A DNA stretch of 63,991 bases, counting the filler, from Octopus bimaculoides (lineage: Eukaryota), in assembly GCF_001194135.2 (NCBI RefSeq). It is 7 parts of 6 records of this genome, joined end to end, with 100 filler letters (N's around TTAATTAATTAA, not from the genome) between each part and the next. Parts side by side here need not be neighbours in the genome. Positions count along the whole stretch, not along the records: positions 51,102 to 60,261 come from NC_068991.1; positions 60,362 to 62,543 come from NW_026301933.1; positions 62,644 to 63,991 come from NW_026380580.1; 4 more parts are not named here. The stretch is one strand, 5' to 3'. Positions 52,787 to 63,541 of this stretch are shown piece by piece. Made by a program: the position numbers and the translations under genes. The notes beneath the pieces are model-generated. The model did no database searches, was not told the DNA's origin, and worked only from the letters and a program-made list of their open reading frames with translations. The first letter of the stretch is position 1. Each line of letters begins with the position of its first letter.

Positions 52787-53237
52787 TCTCTAGCTCTCTT
52801 CTCTGTGTATGTATGTATGCATTGATAATGACTCTCATTATTTTCTTCTGTCACTCTAAATCATAGTAGGCTCTAGGTATTTTTCCCTTAAATTCATTTT
52901 GCTACAATCATAACAAAAGGAAGTTATGTATTTTAGTCTCTAGTACTGATGAAAAATTCGCTAAAAAATTATAATGGAGTGCAGTTTATTTCAAATTGAT
53001 GTAATCTTTCTATTGATCGATTAAATGGAGCCGCTTGAAACGGCCGTAATGCACTGATACTTGGACACCCTTGTAACTCATTTGCTTTTTATTCACCTAA
53101 CATCAAGGTGTGCGAATAATACTGGACAGACTTGGTGTCTCAACTTATGTACCTAATTCAATGGAATCTTAATTATTTCTTATCTATTTATCTATCTATC
53201 TATCTACTCATCCATCCATCCATCCATCCATCCATCC

Positions 53238-53291
<54 letters not shown>

Positions 53292-53341
53292 ATATCTATC
53301 TAGCTATCTATCTATCTACCTGTCCGTATCTCTTTCCTTCA

Positions 53342-53405
<64 letters not shown>

Positions 53406-54419
53406 CACTCTGTCTATGAATGTAGTACATATGTATGTATGCATGCATGCATGTGCATATGTATGTATGTACGTAGGTATTTACGTATGTATCTGTCTGT
53501 CTGTCTATCTGTCTGTCCGTCTATCCGTCTGTCCGTCTATCCGTCTGTGCATGCATGCATGTATATATCTATCTATCTGTTTATGTGTCTGTCCGTTTAT
53601 CTATGTATGTTCGCATATCTATTGTAGCATTCAAAAATACAAGCTACATATAATAGTCTATGAAGTGGGTGTGACTTCCAATAAACGATAAATCTATAAG
53701 CTCTGCCAGACTTTTAATTTCATCGTTTTCGCTTTTGTCTTTTATATATATATATATGTTATTCATTTATAACTGCAACACAACGTTCGGAGCTTATTTT
53801 GTAGATCGTAGAGTCTTTCTAAATTAATTGGATATTTAACCCTAGGCGTAGCGTCTACGAACACCCGCACACATATATACCCACACATACATACACGTGT
53901 GCAGGCACGCACACACGCACGGAGGCACACACCCACAAACACACAGGCTCAGACACATACATATACACACATGTCTGAACTTACTTCTTACGTATATTTT
54001 CATAGGTGGCATCACGCATGCACGCATAATTACACGAAGGTTTTAATGAACCACGAAACAATATATGTACATGTTTATGTATGTATATATGTATATATGT
54101 CTATATATGCGTGTGTGTGTGCGCATGTGTATATGTATATATATATGTATATATGTATATATATGTGTATATATATGTGAATATATATATATATATATAT
54201 ATATATGTGTTTGTGTGTGTGTACATAAGAGTACACACATACGCACACAAAACTGTGTGTGCATTTGTGTGTGTATATATACATAAATATATATACACGG
54301 AAGTATATATATCATATATGTACATATATATATGTACATATATATATATATGTGAGTTTGTATATGCATACACACATGCACATATATATACATGTATATA
54401 TACATATATGTATATACAC

Positions 54420-54471
<52 letters not shown>

Positions 54472-54692
54472 NNNNNNNNNNNNNNNNNNNNNNNNNNNNN
54501 NNNNNNNNNNNNNNNNNNNNNNNNNNNNNNNNNNNNNNNNNNNNNNNNNNNNNNNNNNNNNNNNNNNNNNNNNNNNNNNNNNNNNNNNNNNNNNNNNNNN
54601 NNNNNNNNNNNNNNNNNNNNNNNNNNNNNNNNNNNNNNNNNNNNNNNATATATATACATGCGTTCATGTATTCAACAGTGTACATACATACT

Positions 54693-54742
<50 letters not shown>

Positions 54743-54951
54743 TGTGATGCCTACTTTCCCATTCATGATTTACAAAGATGATACAGAAAACACAGTGTAG
54801 GAAATAGAGTTAGTTTATTTACGTATTATGTCTGTACACTGAGTTTCCATCTGACGATCTTCAGGCATAATGCATACATACATACGTAGATATGTATATG
54901 CGCATATACATGTATATAGTCATATGCATACACATACATACACACACATAC

Positions 54952-54986
<35 letters not shown>

Positions 54987-55927
54987 CAGAGAGTGAGAGT
55001 GAGAGAGAGAAAGCGAGAAAAAAAGGGAGATACACATAGACACACACATAGGTAGAAATATAATTAACCGCCTAAACGTCTGAAATGTGTTGTTAATAAG
55101 CTTATAACTTTCTGGTCTATTAAGCTGATCTTCAGTGTGTGTGCGTGAGTATACACAAACACATACACACACAGAGACTCACACACATACACACACACAT
55201 ATATATATATATANNNNNNNNNNNNNNNNNNNNNNNNNNNNNNNNNNNNNNNNNNNNNNNNNNNNNNNNNNNNNNNNNNNNNNNNNNNNNNNNNNNNNNN
55301 NNNNNNNNNNNNNNNNNNNNNNNNNNNNNNNNNNNNNNNNNNNNNNNNNNNNNNNNNNNNNNNTAGGCAAACACACACACACACACACTCATTATATATT
55401 CAAGCATACATTCATACATACATACATTCATACATACATACATTCATATCATTTATGTGTGCACGATTGTTTCATGCGGTTAAAAACTAAGAACATTGAC
55501 CTTGTAATCCGCTGAAACCACCAACATCAATGGCTTAATGGATAAAAGCATTATTATTCTGGTCAAAATTAAATGTAACTTTCTTGAATCCTGTCTAGGA
55601 AGTGTGCACATATCCGGTATCGATTGAAAAATCAAACCAATCGAACATAGTTTAGGTATAAATATATAATTAAATGTATTTATTATAAATGTTGGGTTAA
55701 TAGTGATAAAAATTAAAAATTTCGATCGATAGAGTGGTAGTTAAGAAAGATTGGTATAGGTATGAGGACATGTTTTTTTTGGTTGCGTGTGTAAGAACCT
55801 AGCTTTCCAAATACGTGGTTTCAAGTTCAGTCACTCTGTGTAGCACTTTGAGAAAACGTTTTTAGTATGGCCGCGGGATGACCAATGCTTCATGAGTCAA
55901 TGCTGGTAGACGGAAACTGTGAAGAAA

Positions 55928-56160
55928 GGCGGTGACTTGGCAGAAACGTTAGCACGCCGGGCGAAATGCTTAGCGGTATTTCGTCTGCCGTTACGTTCTG
56001 AGTTCAAATTCCGCCGAGGTCAACTTTACCTTTCATCCTTTCGGGGTCGATTAAATAAGTACCGGTTACGCACTGGGGTCAATATAATCGACTGAATCCG
56101 TTTGTCTGTCTTTGTTTGTCCCCTCTATATTTAGCTCCTTGTGGGCAATAAAGAAATAAG
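55928..56160 (+). mobile_element. Family B SINE, full length, inserted into an OK-like SINE fragment
   Basis: 16-bp TSD GGAAACTGTGAAGAAA (55912-55927)/GGAAACTGTGAAGTAA (56160-56175). The host OK-like head lies at ~55770-55925. Confidence 0.9.
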
Positions 56161-56299
56161 GAAACTGTGAAGTAACTGAATTCTTTTCGTCTGCTACTGA
56201 TATACTTCTGTGCTTTGTAATGTCTTTAGGAAATACTTTCTCGGCTTTCTATACTATATCCACATGAAGTAAGATATACAGAATGCTATTCTGAACTAA

Positions 56300-57160
56300 T
56301 AGTGCGGTGAATAAATTGTGGTCTAAATTATGCAAAAATGAAAATAATATTGATATCACATTTTAACAGATATATTTATCAAAATTACATTAAAATATTT
56401 TGAAATACTAAAGAATAAATTTATCCAATAAAATCGTCATTGGCTTCAACCACGGTCTCCAGACGACTTCAGATTCTCCTGCTGCTCTTCTGGACGGTCT
56501 CCTTGTTTAGCTTGATGAACGTTGCAATAATCCTTGCCTTCAGTTCATCTTTGGTGTTACAAGGAGTTTTGTTGGTCTCTCGCTCAACTGCGACCCACAC
56601 ATAATCAGGGAGGCTGCAAGTCTGGGGAGTTAGGTGGCCAGATGTTAGGGGTGATGTGGTCTCAGAAATTGTCTGACAGCCATGACTGGGTTCTCCTTCT
56701 TGTGTGGCATGGGGCAAACTCCTATTGCCAGATATAGGGTCTTCTAGCAGCCACCCTCTTGACTCAGGGCAGTACTACCTCATCCAGGCACTTGATGTAG
56801 GCCTCCGTGTTGAGTCTGAGGCCATGTGGGAAGATGAATGTAGGCATAACGTCGCCATCAGTAATGATCACTCCAAACACCATGATGTTGACTGGATGTT
56901 TGATTTTTATCACTGTCATGACACCCAAACATTCTGAAATGTTCGTATTGGAGCTTCAGGCGCGAATTCCAAGAAGTACAGCATGTCGTTTCTTAATTTT
57001 TGGTAGAGTGAATTGTGTCATGGTGCTGTTTTTTCTCACAGACGGTGCCCATTTGACCCTACTATACTGTGTAGTCGAAAAAATCAAAGAAAAAAATGCG
57101 CTTGCGTGAAATAAAAATATAAAATGGTGACATTTTATCCCATTCGCTCTAGGGATACAA
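56300..57160 (-). pseudogene. Internally deleted Tc1/mariner-superfamily transposase element (pseudo-CDS 57021-56421)
   Basis: PVNIMVFGVII...YIWQ*EFAPCHT...WPPNSPDCSLPDYVW...RLETVVEANDDFIG*. The N-terminus is fused directly to the catalytic domain, with several stops. Confidence 0.85.
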
Positions 57161-57189
57161 CGGAGTGTTAAGAAACAATCCGATTATGT

Positions 57190-58295
57190 AACCCTGCACT
57201 CATCAGAGATAGCTGATATGGAATGAAACATGGCAATTGTTCTCTATTATTGGAGGTGAATAGACACATCCAGTTTGCGGTTGCTGTGAAAAAGATGATG
57301 AAACGAAAGAGTAGGGGATTGAGTTAAGTGTTATGTCTCTTAGAACCAAACCATCGCCACTGGGGTGGTTTTGTTGCAAGTCGGTGAGAGTTTTCTAGAA
57401 GAAACTGTGGGAAATATGTGTACTTAAGGTTGGTGTTCTAGTAAAAATGGAATCTGTCTAGTGGTGCTATGTGTATAACCTTTCCAGGGGGTGTGGGCAT
57501 ACATATCTGTGTTCGTTAGTATGTTTTCTTTCTTTTATGTATTGCTTAAGTTCTTGGGGCCTTTATGTGTGCATACCGTGTGTGTAGGCGTACAGTGTGT
57601 GTGTTAGTTTATATTGCGGATGTTGAAAACAGTCTATTGGGTAGGTGTTCGCCGTATAGGGACGTGTTTGTTTGTAGGTGTACTAGTGTATGCTCTGGTC
57701 AAACTCCTTGCCGGTCTCCAATGTATTTGTGGAGGGCCGAATTTGAGGGACTAGTGATTATAGTTATAATGGCGCACACTGGTATGATAGGTTGTACTTC
57801 CTTTCATGTGGGCAAGGATAAAAATTTTCACTTTTGCTATTCAGATAAATTCTTGGGTGCTGGGTGCTCTTTAAAATCGCTCTTTTCTCAGCCAGGCATA
57901 AACTACACTTCCTGCTGCTGTTGGTGTACGGTTTAAATTTCCCTAGAATTTTTCACTTTATGCTGTATTCGTTGGTGCTTTCTTTCAAAGATCAAACGTA
58001 CTTGGCCAAGGTTGTGGCGTTACGTCTCTCCGTGATGTTGAAGGAGGACTTGTGGTTGTTATAAGGAGTTCTGAAGGGCCCTTCAGTTGCTCCCACGTAC
58101 TTTCGTACGTTTGGTTGCTCATTTGGTCCACTCGTTGTTATCCGTGCTTCGTATACGATAGTCAACGTGTTACAGTGGCCGTTCAGTGGACATGTTGTGT
58201 TATTTCTACATGAGCATTCTGCCTCTGTCTCGGATGTGGGCCTACCTACTAAAATATTTTTGATACTGGAGGAACAGCTAAAGAAAATTTTCAGG
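57190..58295 (-). mobile_element. 5'-truncated Penelope-like element: GIY-YIG endonuclease pseudo-ORF (~58295-57764) plus 3' UTR
   Basis: CSCRNNTTCPLNGHC...IVYEARI...YVGATEGPFRTPYNNHKSSFN...LAKYV*SLKE...IK*KIL...CSLCLAEK...CPHERKY. The Cys-rich PLE linker and GIY-YIG motifs are present, and Trp codons have mutated to TGA. Confidence 0.9.
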
Positions 58296-59074
58296 GTACC
58301 TACTCGGGTTTTAACACTTGAAGAGAAGAGTGCTGTGAACCACAACACTTTTCTGACTCATGGACTCTTAGACGTCTTACACACACACACACACATACAT
58401 GCACATACACACATGCATGCACGCATACACATACATGTATATGTGTATGTGTATGGGGAGGGTTCTTTTTGTCATGATTGGACCACTTTGACCACACCGC
58501 CGCTTTGACCACCGGTCTTGGTTTGTTTATGTCCCCGTTGCAACCCATCTTCAGGACCTCGCATGTCACTGCAGGTAGTGCCGCTGCAGAAGAATTTGGG
58601 GTCATAGTTCGTGGGGAACCCATAACAAGGAGATCTCCACCCTAAACAACCTAACTCCATTGGCTGGTTTCTTTTTGATCCAACTCTCTCTCCCTCCCCC
58701 ATTTTTTTCTCCACAAAAACCCAATGATGATGGAGTAAGGATGGTGGGAGCAGGTTTTGGTGAAACTAGAAGCTCCTAGTCCGGACCTGCACGTTGGCGG
58801 CAGATGCAAGTTAGTCGCCTTCCCGGGACCTGGTGACAACTCAGGGACTCGGTCCTACATCTGCGATTGGGCAGGCCTATTTGGGAACACCGCTGCTCAC
58901 GCTGAATGGGGAAGGCCTTAGATATGTGTGTGTGTTTTCATTCTAACACNNNNNNNNNNNNNNNNNNNNNNNNNNNNNNNNNNNNNNNNNNNNNNNNNNN
59001 NNNNNNNNNNNNNNNNNNNNNNNNNNNNNNNNNNNNNNNNNNNNATATATATACATATATATATATATAGTCAA

Positions 59075-59404
59075 TTTAAACATGAACAAGCAAGAAAAAA
59101 CAAGAAAAAACAACGCAAGGACGTGGAATAAGTACAGTGTTATTGGACGCTCAGGAAAGAAAAGAAAGAGGATTTAACGTTTTGATCGGAGATCTTCGTC
59201 AGAAATATAGGAAAAGTCCAAAGAAGGGAAGACAGAGAAAGAAAATCGCCAACGATGCACACGCGGTCACATATTGGAATGACTGGAAGGGAAAGGGTGG
59301 AGAAAATTTTCTTTCAAAGACAGGAGAGTGCAAGAGAAGGAAGTATGTGTGTGTGTGTGTGTGTGTGTAGTTGTGGCTGTTTATATATGTGTGTGGTTGG
59401 ACAT
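59075..59404 (-). mobile_element. Penelope-like terminal-repeat element with a hammerhead motif (copy 2)
   Basis: Homolog of 52203-52625 in opposite orientation. Minus strand reads ATTT-CTGACGA-A-GATC-TCC-GATC-AAAA-CG-TT-AAAT at 59206-59172. Confidence 0.65.
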
Positions 59405-59508
59405 AGTATCGTTAAGGTCAGAGGAAGAATTTATAGTAGGAGTGGCTGCCTGTTGTGGGTCTACCTACACATGTGCGTAGGAGAATGGTCAGTAGAAAAG
59501 TACTGATC

Positions 59509-59985
59509 GGAGCTAATCAACGCCAGCATTCATCCTATTTCTCTGGACTACCATGTTAGTTTGGCGATAAATCATAATACCCAGTACTGGTGCCGTAGTT
59601 TCCTTTAGAGAGATTTAGAAATAATAATATTTCTATTTTTGAAAATCAGTGAATGTGTTCCACTGAATGTATACAAATACACCTTTGAACAGAGTCAACG
59701 GTGACACCTACTGGGTACAGCTATTCCACATTGATAAGGAGCAAATACTCCGAAACCGGTCTGTGGAAACCAGCAAAGGGAAGCTGATGATCTCCCCTGT
59801 TCGAAGGTTGTAATGGACACAGATTTGTGTGTCACATAGCTAGCTAGAGGCGATGGCCTCCAGGAGCTAATTAACGGCACCATTCGTCCTATTTCTCTGG
59901 ACTGCCGCGTTAGCTTGGCGATAAATATTAATACACAGTACTGTTGCTGTAGTCTCCTTTAGAGAGATTTAGAAATAATAATAAT
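59509..59985 (+). repeat. Partial tandem repeat, 354-bp period (~1.35 units), containing a hammerhead motif
   Basis: 59509-59630 is repeated, diverged, at 59863-59984. Offsets are exactly 354 at both ends. Confidence 0.85.
59724..59768 (+). ncRNA. Minimal type I hammerhead ribozyme with U3:A8 core variant
   Basis: Stem I UUCCACA/UGUGGAA (7 bp), core UUGAUAA, stem II GGAG/CUCC with CAAAUA loop, GAAA, palindromic stem III ACCGGU, and a GUC cleavage triplet (predicted cut after 59761). Confidence 0.75.
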
Positions 59986-60059
59986 AATAATAATAATATA
60001 TATATATCCAAACACCTTAACACAGTCACATATATTTCGATATAGTTAATTGGGTGCCA

Positions 60060-60101
<42 letters not shown>

Positions 60102-60139
60102 CAATTTGTGAATCTGTCTGTTTATATTCACAACTCCAC

Positions 60140-60179
<40 letters not shown>

Positions 60180-60182
60180 ACA

Positions 60183-60231
<49 letters not shown>

Positions 60232-60261
60232 GCACACACACAGAGTTTGTTAATAGATTAT

Positions 60262-60361
60262 NNNNNNNNNNNNNNNNNNNNNNNNNNNNNNNNNNNNNNN
60301 NNNNNTTAATTAATTAANNNNNNNNNNNNNNNNNNNNNNNNNNNNNNNNNNNNNNNNNNNN
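60262..60361. other. Artificial scaffold linker
   Basis: 44 N + TTAATTAATTAA + 44 N. Confidence 0.97.
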
Positions 60362-62543
60362 CAAACGTACGTATGTACGTATATACGTTCGTGCGTTCGA
60401 TCTATAGTTCGATATTTTGTGCATTCGTACGTATATACGTTCGTTCGTTATTTCTTTCGTTCGTAGGTACATACGTGCGTTCTTACGTTCGATCGTCCGT
60501 ACGTACGTACCATCGTTCGTTCGTACGTTCGAAATGAAGGAACGATAGTACGTACGAACGAACGAGCGATCGAACGAAGGAATGCAAGATCGGAATTAGG
60601 AACGTACGGACAAACGAACGAACGAACGTACGAACGTAAGCACGAACGAACGCAAGAACGAACGTAGGAACGTACGTACGTACCTACCAAGGAACGAACT
60701 AACGAACGAACGTATGTACGTACGAAGGCACAAAAGAACGAACAAACGATCGAACGCACGTACAAACGAGCGAACGTATATACGTACGTACGTTTGTACT
60801 AACGAATAAACGAACGAAAAAACGAACGTACGTACGATGAACGAACGTACGAATGTAGGAACGTACGTGTGTACCTACGGACGTACGAACGTAAGAACTA
60901 ACGAACGAACGTGTGTACGTACGCATGCACAAAAGAACGAAAAAACGATCGAACGCACGTTCGTATGAACGAACGAACGAACGTACGAACGAAACAACGA
61001 ACGAACGATAGTACGTACGTACGGACGATCGAACAAACGAACGTAGGAACGCACGTACGTACCTACGAACGAACGATAGTACGTACGAATGCACAAAATA
61101 ACTAACTATAGATCGAACGCACGAACGTATATACGTACATACTTACGTTTGTACGAACGAAAGTACGAACGTACGTACGATGAAAGAAAGAACGAACGTA
61201 CGTACGAACGAACGAGCGAATGAACGTAAGGATGTACGAACGCACGATAGTACGTACGTACGAACGAACGAAATGAAGGGACGTACGAACGCACGATAGT
61301 ACGTACGTACGAACTAAAGAAGGAACGATCGTACGAACGTACGTGCGTACGATCGAAAGAACAAACGTACGAACGAACAGAAGAACGAACGTAGGAACGC
61401 ACGTACGTACCTACGAACGAAGGAACTAACGAACGAACGTATGCACGTACGAATGCACAAAAGATCGAACGCACGTACAAATCAACAAACGTATACACGT
61501 ACGTACGTACGTACGTTTGTACGAACAAATGAACGAACGAAAGAATGAACGTACGTACGATGAACGAACGAACGAACTAACGAACGTACGTACATTCATT
61601 CGTACGAACGAATTAACGTACGAATGGACCTTTGTACGAACGAATGAATGAACGAAAGTACGAACGTACGTACGATGAACGAAAGAACGAACGAACGAAC
61701 GTACGAACGAACGAACGTACGTACGAACGAACGTACGTCCGAACGAACGTACGTCCGAACGAACGTACGTACGAACGAACGAACGTACGTACGAACGAGT
61801 GAGCGAATGAACGTACGTACGATGAAAGAAAGAACGAACGTACGTACGAACGAACGAACAAACGAAATGAAGGAACGTACGTGTGTACCTACGGACGTAC
61901 GAACGTAGAACTAACGAACGAACGTATGTACGTACGAATGCACAAAAGAACGAACAAACGATCGAACGCACGTTTGTATGAACGAACGAACGAACGTACG
62001 AACGAAATAACGAACGAACGATAGTACGTACGTACGGACGATCGAACGAACGAACGTAAGAACGCACGTGTGTACCTACGAACGAACGAACTAACGAACA
62101 AACGAACGTAAGAACGCACGTATGTACCTACGAACTAACGAACGAACGTATATACGTACGAATACACAAAATAACTAACTATAGATCGAACGCACGAACG
62201 TATATACGTACATACGTACGTTTGTACGAACGAAAGTACGAACGTACGTACGATGAAAGAAAGAACGAACGTACGTACGAACGAACGAGCGAATGAACGT
62301 AAGGATGTACGAACGCACGATAGCACGTACGTACGAACGAACGAAATGAAGGGACGTACGAACGCACGATAGTACGTACGTACGAACTAACGAAGGAACG
62401 ATCGTACGAACGAACGAACGTACGTACGTACGATCGAAAGAACGAACGTACGAACGAACAGAACAACGAACGTAGAAACGCACGTACGTACCTACGAACG
62501 AAGGAACTAACGAACGAACGAAGGAACTAACGAACGAACGAAG
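60362..62543. repeat. CpG-rich (ACGA/ACGT)-based satellite with ~1.0-1.1 kb higher-order periodicity
   Basis: Fills the entire block. Diagnostic words recur at +1073 (61098/62171; 61228/62301) and +1014 (60867/61881). Confidence 0.9.
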
Positions 62544-62643
62544 NNNNNNNNNNNNNNNNNNNNNNNNNNNNNNNNNNNNNNNNNNNNTTAATTAATTAAN
62601 NNNNNNNNNNNNNNNNNNNNNNNNNNNNNNNNNNNNNNNNNNN
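62544..62643. other. Artificial scaffold linker
   Basis: 44 N + TTAATTAATTAA + 44 N. Confidence 0.97.
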
Positions 62644-63523
62644 AAACCTAATAGACTCGAAACGAATGGCTCTTTTGAGAGCGAACCACCACCGGTACCG
62701 GTACCGGTACCGGTTAACGCTCTCTGTACTAACTCCTTAATCCTACTACGGTATGCTTCACAAGTCAAAATAGTCTTGTTCAGCTTTCAGTAGCCGGATC
62801 CTCTACTAGTTGTACTATCTACGTCCTATCTACACTTAACCATTCTATGGTCAGTGTAGGACACTTGGACAAGTTGTGGACAGGTAAAACTAGGCTTATC
62901 TATAATTCTTATTACTATCCTATCTAGATAAGACTTGAACCTTCCGTCGCCACTCATCCAGGTCCACTCTGGCACGTTCGGATGTTCAAGCCTGTAACGG
63001 TCTGCCAGCTGAAATCGCTTAAGCAGATCGACGAGGCGTGAGTTCACTTTTCTATCAATCGAGCCGACGCTATCGATGCGAGCGTCAACAATAGCGTTGA
63101 AGTCCCCTAACACTACTAATGTCTCCGACGTCACGAGAAAGCCCTCTAGGCGCCGATAAAAGTCAGTTTGGAAACCTGTAGCGCATGGTGCGTAGAGTCG
63201 ATCAGCCTGAAGGCCTTACCGCTGTATGTCACATCAAGGACGACCAGCCCACCTTCAGGGTCCACATAGAGTGTACTTGTCTGCAGAGCCAAGCCATTGC
63301 GGATCAGTACCACTACACCCCCTCGCCCCCCGGTCTGGCCAGGAGCCATGATTTTCTCATAGCCATTCAGGAGAGGCGAGAAGGTTCGTAGACTGTCCAG
63401 CTTGGTCTCTGTAGCAACCATCACATGTATATCGTGCGATCTGAGGTCGTCGAGGAAACATGCCTGCTTCCACTTCGTACTCAGACCACGCACATTTAAA
63501 CATCCAATGTTCAGAGAGGCCAT
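62644..63523 (-). pseudogene. L1/Tx1-clade LINE ORF2 N-terminus (AP endonuclease), frameshifted
   Basis: MASLNIGCLNVRGL...ATETK...GGVVVLI...LGDFNA...EWTW...SYLDRIVI...YTDHRMV, then GY*KLNKTIL (GxWKLN motif). Two frameshifts and a stop. Confidence 0.9.
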
Positions 63524-63541
63524 TTGAAAGAAGAAAAAGTT

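Noticed and set aside
54844-55135. Two minus-strand CTGAAGA...GAAA motifs (54864-54844, 55135-55109) as hammerheads
   Set aside because: Stem II and stem I do not pair convincingly. At best these are decayed PLE-type remnants.
59785-59810. CTGATGA...GAAG immediately downstream of the main hammerhead as a second ribozyme
   Set aside because: No stem II pairing and no GAAA/stem III.
60448-62483. Many overlapping 'RSFVRTYV' ORFs
   Set aside because: Stop-free reading of the ACGT/ACGA satellite on several frames; no coding signature.
60362-62543. Possible CRISPR-like repeat/spacer array
   Set aside because: There is no constant repeat with unique spacers, the context is eukaryotic, and no cas genes are present.
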